Assembly (NCBI GenBank): GCA_963741955.1 | Contig: CAVUKB010000007.1 | Coordinates: 960,001 to 1,024,000 of the forward strand | Reading direction: 5' to 3' | From: an uncultured Acidobacteriota bacterium | GTDB taxonomy: Bacteria; Acidobacteriota; Thermoanaerobaculia; Gp7-AA8 | Length of the DNA: 64,000 nt | Shown here: piece by piece, positions 30,048 through 39,133 of the stretch | How positions within the stretch are numbered: position 1 is the stretch's first letter | How the letters are laid out: each line of letters begins with the position of its first letter | Made by a program: the position numbers and the translations under genes | The notes under the pieces: model-generated | What the model was told of the DNA's origin: nothing | Database searches by the model: none | What the model saw: only the letters and a program-made list of their open reading frames with translations

Positions 30048-31538
30048 TCAACTCCCCCTCTCGAAATTCACCAGGCTGCCGCGCACGGTGATGGTGTGTC
30101 CCGACGCGTCGAGCTCGAGATCTCCGCTGGCGTGGATGGTGAGCTTCTCGGGCGCCAGCTCGACGTAGCTTCCCCCTTCGTCCTGCATCCGGATCGACCG
30201 GGAGAGATCGTCGAACATCAGCTTCTGTCCGCCGGGAGTGAGAAGACTGCATCGCCTCACCCGGCCCCCTTCGATGCCCGAGTCGGGTGGGCCATCGGGA
30301 TACAGTCCTCCGATCACGAAGCCGATCCCGGGCTCACCTCGAGGGAACATCGCCACCACGCGATCCTCCACGTCCGGAAGGGAGATCCATCCCTTGGCCG
30401 TGCCGGCACCGGTGGTGAGCACCGGCAGCCACTCGGTCTCGAGATCACCGCACGTCGGAAGGGACAGCTTCACGCGTCCGCGGCGCTCCGGGTCCTCCAC
30501 GCTCGTGACCACGCCGATGACCGCAGTGGCGGCGCGAGCGGTCGTGCGCGCGCGCGGCATTTCGCTCGAGATCCGAGAGATGAAGCCGTGCGCACGGCTG
30601 ACGATGTGATCGACCGTGGTGACGACCGCGCGATGGCCGTCGCCGTCCGTCACTCCCTCCACCTCCACCGCCGCTCCCGGTGTGAGCTCTGGATCTCCGA
30701 CGCAGGTTGCCCAGAGCCCCACCTCGCCTGCGGCGCGTCGCGCGAGGTCGCCGTTCGCGAGAGCTGACGCCTGTGCCTCGTCCGACAGCAGCTCGTCGGT
30801 CAGTGTCCGTTCGGTCGCCGCAACGGTCGCGAGCTCCTGTGGTACGGTCCGCGCGCGCTCGACACGCGCGTCATGCACCTCGACGAGACAGGGGTCCCAA
30901 CCGATGACCGTCACGCTGTCACATACGGTCTCCGCATTGAGCTCCAGGCGGACCTCGCGAAGGTTCTCGCCGAGCGTGAGCGGTCGTACGTCGTCGCCGG
31001 CCTGAAGCGGGAAGAGGCGGAGCGTGTCTCGTTCCACGAAGAAGTAGAGAGCGGAGCGCTCGCAGACGTCGGTGAGAAAATCGAGATCGGTTTGCCGATT
31101 CTGGATCAATCGTGTGAACGAGGGACCGTCAGGTCCCCGCACATCGAGTCCAAGGGGAGCCACGAGCTCTCGCGCGAGCGAGCCGGCAGTGAACCGGACC
31201 TGCGCCGCTACCCGCTGGGTCTTGCGCAGCCGATGCAGCACGTCATACGCGCGGAGCCGTACCTTCCGTCCCTCCGCGCGAGTCCACGAGTGCTCGAGTG
31301 CCGTGACCTCTCCGGAGAAGAGGGGAGGACGATCGCCGATCGTGACCTCCAGGGCCGCGCCGATCGAAGGAGCCGGCCCCCTCTCGCCGAGGACCTCCGA
31401 GAATGTGATCTCACAGGCCGTGGCGAGGGAGAGACGCTGGCGCACGAGAATAGAGGTCAACGCGTTGGCCCATCCGGCCGGTACGGCCGAGCCATCGAGT
31501 GCGATGTGAACCGCGGGAAGTGTCGCAACTGCGGTCAT
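30048..31538 (-). CDS. vgrG: VgrG/gp27-gp5-like spike protein (Afp8-like)
   Basis: QNRQTDLDFL gp27-like hub, OB-fold motif IGVVTSVEDPERRGRVKL...LPDVEDRVVAMF, and a short beta-helix C-terminus. Confidence 0.9.
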   Translation of the reverse strand: MTAVATLPAVHIALDGSAVPAGWANALTSILVRQRLSLATACEITFSEVLGERGPAPSIGAALEVTIGDRPPLFSGEVTALEHSWTRAEGRKVRLRAYDVLHRLRKTQRVAAQVRFTAGSLARELVAPLGLDVRGPDGPSFTRLIQNRQTDLDFLTDVCERSALYFFVERDTLRLFPLQAGDDVRPLTLGENLREVRLELNAETVCDSVTVIGWDPCLVEVHDARVERARTVPQELATVAATERTLTDELLSDEAQASALANGDLARRAAGEVGLWATCVGDPELTPGAAVEVEGVTDGDGHRAVVTTVDHIVSRAHGFISRISSEMPRARTTARAATAVIGVVTSVEDPERRGRVKLSLPTCGDLETEWLPVLTTGAGTAKGWISLPDVEDRVVAMFPRGEPGIGFVIGGLYPDGPPDSGIEGGRVRRCSLLTPGGQKLMFDDLSRSIRMQDEGGSYVELAPEKLTIHASGDLELDASGHTITVRGSLVNFERGS

Positions 31539-32239
31539 GCTCTCTCCAGCTCGTCGCGTGGCGGCATCCGGAGCAACTCTCCTGGAGTCAACCGCAGTGG
31601 ATCCTCGACGCCGTTGAGTGCTGCGATCGCTTTCCACAGAGAGGCGTCTCCGTAATAGCGATAGGCGATCTCGTCGAGACGTGCGACGGCAGGCGATTCG
31701 GAGGTCTCTCGAGGAGACTCAGGCGCGATTTCGTGGACGTGCGTCTCCTCCGGGCTTCCTGCCAGGAGGGGAGTCGGCGGCTCTGCCGAATTGTCGTCCT
31801 CGACGCGCAGGAGTCTCATCCGCAGCCACGAGCGCCCCGGTGCACCTTCGCCGTCGAACGACTCCAGCCGCTCTGCAATCGCGGCGATGACCGCACGCAC
31901 ATTCCACGTCTTTCCCCACACCAGGCGGACGAAGCGCGCGTTGCTCGCTCTCGAGTCGCCGTACGCTTCGCTCAGTCGCCAGAGCGGCCGGGTCAGTGTG
32001 CGGACGTCGGTGACCGGAGCAGGTCCCTCGGCGAGAGAGACGTCGAAGAGGAGATCGACGGTCAGCTCCGTCGTCCCGCCTCCACTCTGCAGCAACGGGT
32101 CGTCGATCACGCCTGGTTGGCTTCCCGCGCCGAGCAGAGGTCGAATGCCCGCCCAGCGCCGTATCACCACACTCTCAGGGTTGAGCATGCAGGCGATCCG
32201 TTCGCCGGTCTGTTCGACGAGAAACGCTACGCGGTCCAC
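31535..32239 (-). CDS. CIS tube initiator with LysM-like C-terminus (Afp7-like)
   Basis: CMLNPE, LTVDLLFD, VRLVWG and RLDEIAYRYYGDASLWKAIAALNGVEDP. Confidence 0.85.
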   Translation of the reverse strand: MDRVAFLVEQTGERIACMLNPESVVIRRWAGIRPLLGAGSQPGVIDDPLLQSGGGTTELTVDLLFDVSLAEGPAPVTDVRTLTRPLWRLSEAYGDSRASNARFVRLVWGKTWNVRAVIAAIAERLESFDGEGAPGRSWLRMRLLRVEDDNSAEPPTPLLAGSPEETHVHEIAPESPRETSESPAVARLDEIAYRYYGDASLWKAIAALNGVEDPLRLTPGELLRMPPRDELERA

Positions 32240-33189
32240 GCGGTCCCCCGTTGCTCTTCATCGAGACGCCGCAGATGTTCGCCGTCAACCGCGCCCTCCT
32301 CGCGGTCCCTGATGGTCGTCGGGATGAAAGGAGGGAGGTCCGGGAGCGCCGGCCACCGGTCGTTCAGGTCCGGTGGCGGAGGCAGCTCCGTCACCGCCCG
32401 GCGGGACCGAACCGGCGGAGCGGTGTCGACCGACGGCCACTGCAGACGCGGAGGCTCCGGTTCCGGAGCGGAAAGGGAGAGCGACATGGACGTGCGAGAA
32501 GTCCCGGCACTCGAGGCAAGAGGCGGCACTTCTTCTGCGGGATTCGACCGGGTCGCGGTGGGCGTCTGCGCCGGCGCTTCCGTGTGCAATCGCGGAGGTT
32601 CGGTGCGGGGCGCCGGTTCAGGCTTCCGTGTTCGTGGCAGTGTCGAAGCATCTCGGGGCAGAGGCGGCTTCGCCGTTGTGTGCTGCTGCTGGTTCCGCGG
32701 TGAATCCGGAGGGACGGAGTCCCCCCGGGTGGCGCGGGACCGCGCTTTCAGAAACGTCGCGATGCGAGGGGGGCGAGAAGCACGATCCCGTACGACGGCG
32801 GGAGATCCGTCTCTACGTGTTCGTGGCTCGTCCGAGTGTTCTTCGCGATCGCCGGTTGCTCTCGAGAGTCGAAAGATCCGCATCGACGTTTTCGATGAGG
32901 GGCGAGGCGTGTTACATCGCCTCTCGGGAGTGGATGTCGACGGACCCGGATTCGGCGGCTCGGGCCGGAATCGTGGCGGTACAGGAGACGCCGGACCACC
33001 CTCGTACTTCAACAGCTGCGGCGCGCTCCTGCGCACGCGCTCGAGCCAGCGTTCCGGCGGCCCGGCGTCGAACGACGTCGGCGATGGATCGGCGGGAGGT
33101 GAGGGGCGCTCCTCGAGCGCCTCCAAGCCGCGTATGAGTGCACGCCGCAGAGCGCGGCGCAGTGCGAGCCAGAGATCGTGACCGCTCAT
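32227..33189 (-). CDS. Pro/Arg-rich low-complexity CIS protein (possible tape-measure analogue)
   Basis: Overlaps both neighbouring genes. Mostly disordered, with ordered-looking ends GPPERWLERVRRSAP and WPALPD...HLRRLDEEQRG. Confidence 0.65.
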   Translation of the reverse strand: MSGHDLWLALRRALRRALIRGLEALEERPSPPADPSPTSFDAGPPERWLERVRRSAPQLLKYEGGPASPVPPRFRPEPPNPGPSTSTPERRCNTPRPSSKTSMRIFRLSRATGDREEHSDEPRTRRDGSPAVVRDRASRPPRIATFLKARSRATRGDSVPPDSPRNQQQHTTAKPPLPRDASTLPRTRKPEPAPRTEPPRLHTEAPAQTPTATRSNPAEEVPPLASSAGTSRTSMSLSLSAPEPEPPRLQWPSVDTAPPVRSRRAVTELPPPPDLNDRWPALPDLPPFIPTTIRDREEGAVDGEHLRRLDEEQRGTAWTA

Positions 33190-33680
33190 GCCACCGCTCC
33201 TCCTGCCGGTGCCACGCGCTCGAGGGTCTCGTAGACGATGGTCATCGACTCGATCGCGATCTCGCGCGCCATCGCGTCGAGAGGGGCGGCGTTCCACCTC
33301 GAAACCCACGCCTGCGCCAGATTCCAGCGCATCACTTCGCGTGCACCATCGCTGTCGTAGAGGACGATCGAGACGTTGCGCCGCTCGACCTTCCCATTGA
33401 CGCCGCTCAGCATCCAGTTCCACAGATCTGCGGAACTGGTTAGCCCGTAACGGAGCGTGATGTCGGCGTACTCGACGGGCCCGGGGATCCGTCGCACGAT
33501 CCGGCTCCGTCCCTCGGCATAGCGGATCGCATGCACCGATGCCCCCATCCCGCTGCATTCAGTGAACGCGGCGTCCGCAACGCCCTGGATCTCGACTCGA
33601 AAGTTGTAGCCGCGGTAAGGATCATTGACCGTACCGGTGTTTCCTTTGCTCGCGTTCTTGGTCGCGTCCTGATCAGGCAT
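33186..33680 (-). CDS. CIS inner tube protein (T4 gp19/Afp1-5-like)
   Basis: DPYRGYNFRVEI...FTECSG...ITLRYG...WNLAQAWVSRW...IAIESMTIVYE. Confidence 0.93.
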   Translation of the reverse strand: MPDQDATKNASKGNTGTVNDPYRGYNFRVEIQGVADAAFTECSGMGASVHAIRYAEGRSRIVRRIPGPVEYADITLRYGLTSSADLWNWMLSGVNGKVERRNVSIVLYDSDGAREVMRWNLAQAWVSRWNAAPLDAMAREIAIESMTIVYETLERVAPAGGAVA

Positions 33681-34917
33681 TGCCGCCCTCCTGTTCCACC
33701 TGCGCGCCGGCCGCGCTCTGGCCGATTCGGAAGATCACGAACTCCGCGGGTTTGACCGGCGCCACGCCGATCCGGATCACCACCATTCCCGCGTCGACCA
33801 CCTCGGGCGGATTCGTCTCCCGGTCGCATTGCACGAAGAAGGCTTCGTCCGGGGTCGCGCCCGCAAGGGCTCCCGCTCTCCAGAGCAGCATCAGGAAGGC
33901 GCGCACGTCGCGCCGGATCTGCTGCCAGAGCGGATCGCCGTTGGGCTCGAACACAACCCATCGGGTGCTTCGCTCGATCGATTTCTCGATCATGCAGAAG
34001 AGCCTGCGGACGTTGAGGTAGCGCCATTCGCTTCCGGGGGGCGCGATGGTGCGTGCTCCCCAGATCAGAATTCCGTCGGGATCGAACGAGCGGATGCAGT
34101 TCACGCCGTTCGCGTTGAGGTTGCCCTGCTCCGCGTGTGTGACGGTGTAGGTCAGGCCGGTCGCGCCGCGCAGAGTCTTGTTGGCCGGTGCAACGTGGAC
34201 CCCGCGCTCTGCATCGGTGCGCGCCCACACGCCGGCGATATGTCCGGAGGGGAACATCTCGATCGTGTTCGCAGGTGCGAAAGGGTCAGGTGCGAACAGG
34301 TTCGGGAAATAGACCGTCCCCATCCCGGTGGCCGAGGCGCGCGGTCGCGCACCGGACGAGGCTTCCCGTTCCGAAGCTGGCGGGGGCGTGTCGTCGCTTC
34401 CGGACCGCGTCTTCTTTGAGCTGGCGGTGGCCGATGCCACCTTCGTCAGAAGATCGAGATCGCGGATTCCGGATGGTGAGTCGAAAATCGCGACGCGATC
34501 CTTCATCTTCTCGCAGTGAGAAAGGATCGCTTCGTAGCTCGCCGCGTCGGTGTAGCCGGGAGCGGCGACGATGGCCACACTGTCGACCTCCTCGAGTACG
34601 TCGACGCCCTTCCGTCCCGACGCATCGCCGACGAGCTGATTCTCGGGGCCGACATTGACCACGTAGCAGAGTCGGCCGCCGTTCTGGAAAAATCCGAAAA
34701 CAGCGTTCGACAGCGGCGTGCTCGTCGCATCGGGAGACGCGAGCTCCTTGCGGAACTGTGACCAGTTGGTGATCGCCACCGCCTCGTTCACACGCGCGCG
34801 CGCGTTCGGAGCCTGGCCGACGAAGCCCGCGGTGCTGGTTCCGACCCCTTCGATCGGGCGCGCGCCCGTCGATACCTCCTCGACGTAGATCCCGGGAGTC
34901 AAGTACGAAGTCGCCAT
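33673..34917 (-). CDS. CIS contractile sheath protein (Afp2/3/4-like)
   Basis: YLTPGIYVEEV, FFQNGG, PSGHIAGVWARTDAERGVHVAPAN, WRYLNVRRL, WVVFEPN and PVKPAEFVIFRI. Confidence 0.95.
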   Translation of the reverse strand: MATSYLTPGIYVEEVSTGARPIEGVGTSTAGFVGQAPNARARVNEAVAITNWSQFRKELASPDATSTPLSNAVFGFFQNGGRLCYVVNVGPENQLVGDASGRKGVDVLEEVDSVAIVAAPGYTDAASYEAILSHCEKMKDRVAIFDSPSGIRDLDLLTKVASATASSKKTRSGSDDTPPPASEREASSGARPRASATGMGTVYFPNLFAPDPFAPANTIEMFPSGHIAGVWARTDAERGVHVAPANKTLRGATGLTYTVTHAEQGNLNANGVNCIRSFDPDGILIWGARTIAPPGSEWRYLNVRRLFCMIEKSIERSTRWVVFEPNGDPLWQQIRRDVRAFLMLLWRAGALAGATPDEAFFVQCDRETNPPEVVDAGMVVIRIGVAPVKPAEFVIFRIGQSAAGAQVEQEGGNA

Positions 34918-35589
34918 TCATCCCTCCAATGCACTCTCGTCGAGCGCGACGCGAAGTCTTTCGCCCGGACTGGTCCGAACCGTCATGACCTGGCCCCTGG
35001 CACGTATGACCACCGAGACAGGCCTGTCCGCTGGAATGGTGGGGAAGTGAAACGAGCCGTTCTCGTCCGTCCTTCCGTAGAGCTGGAGGGCGGGAACCTC
35101 GATCTTCGCGCCGGCGATCGCCGTATCGTCCGGTCCGAAGACGTCGCCGGCGAGCGACGCGGTCTGAGTCCCTTCGACGACCAGCGGATGACGGACGAGT
35201 GGTGCTCGCTCTTCGGGACGCTCTACACGCAGAGGAACGCGAACCACGAAAGCGGGTCGGGGTGCGATGTGGAACGCGTTCCAGAGGTCGAGCGGGAGTG
35301 GATCGAGTGAGACCTTCCACGACGTCACGTCCATTGCGGCGAACGCCAGCGTTCCGAGCCAGTCGTGGCTCTTCGGGACGTCGCCTCCCGACGTCGTCAC
35401 CAGATACTCCAGGATCAGCTCCCGCGGTGGGCGTCGCGAGGTACGGGGCGCCGGGACCGGCACCATCGACAATAGAGTGATGTGGACTGCGGGAGATTCG
35501 TCCATTGAGGGAGGCGCCACATCCACATCCAGGTCGGGCACGATGCTCTTCGCCCATTCCACCAGTTGCCGGTCCGTTTCGCCGATCAC
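34918..35589 (-). CDS. Putative CIS cap/terminator (Pvc16/Afp16-like) fused to a carboxypeptidase-regulatory-like domain
   Basis: First gene of the operon, GTG with GGAG RBS. LEYLVT and LWNAF...RPAF segments, then C-terminal GDVFGPDDTAIAGAKIE...TDENGSFHF. Confidence 0.65.
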   Translation of the reverse strand: MIGETDRQLVEWAKSIVPDLDVDVAPPSMDESPAVHITLLSMVPVPAPRTSRRPPRELILEYLVTTSGGDVPKSHDWLGTLAFAAMDVTSWKVSLDPLPLDLWNAFHIAPRPAFVVRVPLRVERPEERAPLVRHPLVVEGTQTASLAGDVFGPDDTAIAGAKIEVPALQLYGRTDENGSFHFPTIPADRPVSVVIRARGQVMTVRTSPGERLRVALDESALEG

Positions 35590-36022
35590 GTGTTCTCCAT
35601 TCGAGATCCTGGGGTGCGTTCGCAAACGGATCGCGTCCGGGCTTTGTGTGGCCGGGACCCACCCCGTCTCGCGAGCCTCGTCAGGCGCCGGTGTGCCACC
35701 GTCTGGACCTACGTCTCGTGAGAGGTGCGTACGACGGTCGAGCCGAAGGCCTCATACCCCTGAGTCCGTCCAGGGCAAACGGCTGAATTCCCACCCTGAC
35801 GCGCCGCCCGTGAGCGTCATGAATATTTGCTATCCGTACAAACTGGGGTGAGACGCGGAGATCTTCAAGGAGAAAAAGTTGGTGTAACCTGCTGAATTCG
35901 AGCTGCGACTTCAGCGCGGGCCGCGTGTGGGCGCTTTCCCTCGGTGTGGGGGCGCGTGTGGAGCGAACTCATACACGCGAATCGTCAGGACTCGCGCCCA
36001 TTGCCGATACCATCGAATCGAT

Positions 36023-36102
36023 GCCGCTTCTGCCACCGACCCGGGCGATGCTGCGGTCGGGCACGCGCCGCGATCCGCGCGGCGGATTACGAATCCGCAT
36101 TC
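36023..36102. repeat. REP-like element copy
   Basis: Ends gcggcggattacgaatccgcattc. Confidence 0.7.
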
Positions 36103-36221
36103 AGGGCGGCATCCATGCTTCCTCCGCTCCCCTCGGCTACCACGTCGCGCTGTGCAACCCACAACCCCATCCGCGCGACTGGAATCGGCCCGAGTCGAAG
36201 TTGGTTGAAAGTAAAGAATTT

Positions 36222-36230
36222 TGCTAGAAT
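36222..36230 (+). promoter_or_regulatory. Extended -10 promoter (TGcTAGAAT) for a probably leaderless vapBC mRNA
   Basis: tgctagaat 6 nt before ATG 36237, in AT-rich context, with no SD. Confidence 0.6.
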
Positions 36231-36236
36231 TACACC

Positions 36237-36506
36237 ATGCCTCTGAACATCAAGAATCCGGAAGTGGAACGTCTCGTGACGGAGCTCGCGGTCGAGACCG
36301 GCGAATCGAAGACTGAGGTAGTTCGGAGGGCGCTGCAGGAACGGCGGGCACGGCTCGCGCACGGTCGTCGCGTCGCGGACCTGAAGAGCATCCGAAACTT
36401 CCTCGAGCGGGAGATATGGAATCAGGTGCCTCGTTCACTTCAGGGACGACGGCTTTCGAAGAGAAAAGCCGAGAAGATTCTTGGATACGGGCGTGATGGA
36501 GTCTAG
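36237..36506 (+). CDS. vapB: Type II antitoxin VapB (Rv0623/PSK-like)
   Basis: MPLNIKNPEVERLVTELA...GESKTEVVRRAL, immediately upstream of the PIN toxin. Confidence 0.9.
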   Translation: MPLNIKNPEVERLVTELAVETGESKTEVVRRALQERRARLAHGRRVADLKSIRNFLEREIWNQVPRSLQGRRLSKRKAEKILGYGRDGV

Positions 36507-36511
36507 CCGGC

Positions 36512-36901
36512 GTGATCGTCGTCGACAGCTCCGCTCTTCTCGCGATCATCTTCCGGGAGCCGGAGCATGACCGCATCCTGGAACGGTTGATTGGTGAGGA
36601 TGGCGCAGGCATCCCGGCACCGACCCTCCTCGAAGCGAGCATTGTCGCGTCATCCCGGCTCGGACGCGACGCGTCGGCGCTGATCCACAATCTCCTCGAG
36701 GAGCTCGAGATTGCGGTGATTCCGTTCGACGAGCGTCACGCGAGATCCGCACTCTCCGCATGGTTGCGGTTCGGCGAGAGACGACACCCCGCGGATCTCA
36801 ATTTCGGGGATTGCATTGCGTATGCAGTGGCGCAGAGGGCGGGGATGCCACTCCTGTGCGTCGGAGGCGACTTTCCGAGGACGGATCTCGAGCTCGCGTG
36901 A
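36512..36901 (+). CDS. vapC: Type II toxin VapC (PIN RNase)
   Basis: MIVVDSSALLAI...E...LNFGDCIAYA...GGDF. Confidence 0.93.
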   Translation: MIVVDSSALLAIIFREPEHDRILERLIGEDGAGIPAPTLLEASIVASSRLGRDASALIHNLLEELEIAVIPFDERHARSALSAWLRFGERRHPADLNFGDCIAYAVAQRAGMPLLCVGGDFPRTDLELA

Positions 36902-37226
36902 CGCAGTGAGCGTTCTCCGGCCGGGACCGTCGGTCACGAGGCGCCGCCGGTGCGCGCACTCTCGAGAATGGCTTGCGGGCGTGCGCGTCGTATCCGGATT
37001 CGTACGCGACGAGGCGGTCAGAGATGTCCTGGGTGCGGGGTGAGTGCGCTGCCGCGTTCGTTCTGTATGGACCGCCCGGTGCAGAATATTCTTCGTCAGA
37101 TGAGCCTATTCGCAGAATGAAGGTCGCTCGACGCGCCACCCACGCGCATTTTATTGCGTGCACCCGCTCGTGGCCGCGGGTCGCATCTCGGCACGGCCGC
37201 GTGCTCCCCGTCAAATCGAGGACCGC

Positions 37227-37433
37227 TCAACGCCCGCGTCGCCACGGCTCCTGCTGAGCGTTCATCTCCTCGATCGAGCGATAACGGTAGACGCCGGGAG
37301 GAAAACGAAGCCGGCTCGTCCGCTGCCCGAAATCCCAGACTCTCTCGATCGCGCGAGCCAGCTCCGGGGAGCCGGGCTGCCGCCAATGCGGCCGATTCAT
37401 TTCGTCGACGGAGCGAAATTTGCGGATCGGCAT
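37227..37433 (-). CDS. Small protein coupled to the nucleotidyltransferase
   Basis: TGATG overlap with the upstream gene. Internal repeat KFRSVDEM / RYRSIEEM. Confidence 0.65.
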   Translation of the reverse strand: MPIRKFRSVDEMNRPHWRQPGSPELARAIERVWDFGQRTSRLRFPPGVYRYRSIEEMNAQQEPWRRGR

Positions 37434-37903
37434 CAGTCCTCCTCCAGAGAAAAACGTTCCCGCAGCAGTTCCGCGTCGGCGCGGTCCTGCAGGCGAGTCG
37501 TTCCTTTCTTCATCTCATAGAGAGTTCTCGGACTCACCACCGACACGGTCAGCTCGTCGAGGGGGATGCGCACGATCTCGAGATCGGGAAACCGGAACGC
37601 ATCACCGAGTCGGGTCAGAATGTCGACGTGAAACGTTCCTTCCGGCGGGATGTACTGGACGGCAGGGTAATCGCCCAGCAGGTCGTCGGCTGAGATCTCT
37701 GAGATGGAGTCGTCGTCGAACACCGCAGCGAGAGCTCGCTTGAGCCGCTCGACGTTTTCGATGGTGGGATCGATGAAGAGATCGAGGTCGTCCGTGAATC
37801 GTGCAAGTCCGTGGAGGTTGAGTGCCGCACCTCCGAAAACGGCATAGTGCACTCTCTCGCTCTCGAGAGCGTGCAGCAACCTTTTTGTGAGCGCGAAGTC
37901 CAT
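37433..37903 (-). CDS. Nucleotidyltransferase (AbiEii/DUF6036-like)
   Basis: FGGAALNLHGLARFTDDLD motif and C-terminal MKKGTTRLQDRAD. Confidence 0.8.
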   Translation of the reverse strand: MDFALTKRLLHALESERVHYAVFGGAALNLHGLARFTDDLDLFIDPTIENVERLKRALAAVFDDDSISEISADDLLGDYPAVQYIPPEGTFHVDILTRLGDAFRFPDLEIVRIPLDELTVSVVSPRTLYEMKKGTTRLQDRADAELLRERFSLEED

Positions 37904-38125
37904 CAAGGGACATCATACGCGAACAGGAATCAACTCCAGTCGGCTGGAATCGCTCCAGCGGTCGCAGACCGGAACCCGTGTCGGAGCCGGGAGTTGGATT
38001 CCGGTTCGGGCATGCACTGGATCATCGCGTCGAGTCGTCGGCGCTGCGCGCTTCATCGAGAAGATCGCAGAGCAGCTCGAGCCGCGGGCGGGTCATGTGC
38101 GAAAGCGTCTGCTTGACCGCGGAGT

Positions 38126-38908
38126 TCAGTGCGTCAGTGCCTGGTTCACGCGCGTCCAGTCGACCGACTTCAGCATCTCCTGAATCCGGTCCTCCGCGCC
38201 GTGCAGTTCGATCACCACGTTCTCGAGGTACGGAGCGGCGGCGGGATGAACGAAATGGAAGTCGTAGAGGTGGTCCGGTTCGTTCTTGCGCGCCGTCTTC
38301 CAGTTGCCGAACACGAGGAGATAACAGTTCGGGATGTCGACTCCGCACACTTCGCCGGAGACCTTGCGGGCGATCACGTCGGGGAGCAGCGACGGGGTGG
38401 TCGAATCGAGAGCGGCGGCGTCGACGTTCGGGCTGTTCGCGCAGACGTCGATCGTCACTTCGCTCAGTTGCTCCATCCGCGCGTTGAGGGGGGCGAGCGC
38501 TTTCCATTCCGCGCTGGTGTCCTTCCCGTCCTTCGTCTTCGCGACGACCGCATCGGTGAGCGCTTTCGAGCGGTCGACGAGCGGTTTCAGGATCTGGTTG
38601 AACCGCGGCGAGTCCTGGACGACCGCCCAGGTTCGCGAGCCGCCGATGCAGTTGTCGAGCGGTACTCCGGGGTCGACCGAGATGCTGACGTCACTCGCGT
38701 CCGCGGGAAGGTCGTCGTCCTCCACCTGCCAGCTCGGATCGACGAAGCGGTCGAGAAGTGGCGTCATTACGCCGATGAACCGGTTCAGCACCCTTGCCTC
38801 GGCCGGTGTCGGCGCGCGGCGGCTCTGTGCGTGGCTGCTCGGAACGGCGATGAATGCGAGGAGCGCAGCCGCTCCCAGCGTGCTCACGAAACGAGGACCT
38901 CTGGCCAT
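38126..38908 (-). CDS. Secreted hypothetical protein
   Basis: AGGAGG RBS, signal peptide ending SSHA, four Cys. Confidence 0.7.
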   Translation of the reverse strand: MARGPRFVSTLGAAALLAFIAVPSSHAQSRRAPTPAEARVLNRFIGVMTPLLDRFVDPSWQVEDDDLPADASDVSISVDPGVPLDNCIGGSRTWAVVQDSPRFNQILKPLVDRSKALTDAVVAKTKDGKDTSAEWKALAPLNARMEQLSEVTIDVCANSPNVDAAALDSTTPSLLPDVIARKVSGEVCGVDIPNCYLLVFGNWKTARKNEPDHLYDFHFVHPAAAPYLENVVIELHGAEDRIQEMLKSVDWTRVNQALTH

Positions 38909-39133
38909 GGATCCGCCTCCTGACCTCCTCTCCCGGAGCGATGACGAAGGCCCCCCGACCTTTCGTGTTCCGTGAGAAATCGTAGCACGTCTGTACGCAC
39001 ATGGTCCTCGCCCGGCGGTCTGTTCATGATTCTGCCTCCGAACCGCCACGTCAACCTCGCCCCCGGTGGAGCAGTAGTTCGTGTCGTTGTGCTACTGACG
39101 AGTGCTGGCCTCGCGCCTGCAGCCCGTTCCGCG

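Noticed and set aside
22560-35589. Prophage or canonical T6SS
   Set aside because: No capsid, portal, terminase or integrase. The single-gene sheath and gp19-type tube are eCIS-like rather than TssB/TssC/Hcp, and there is no TssJLM or ClpV.
35590-35830. c-di-GMP riboswitch or sigma-54 promoter in the CIS leader
   Set aside because: gggcaaac...gacgc lies on the wrong strand and lacks the paired GAAA stem. TGGCAC on the minus strand is not followed by TTGC at the right spacing.
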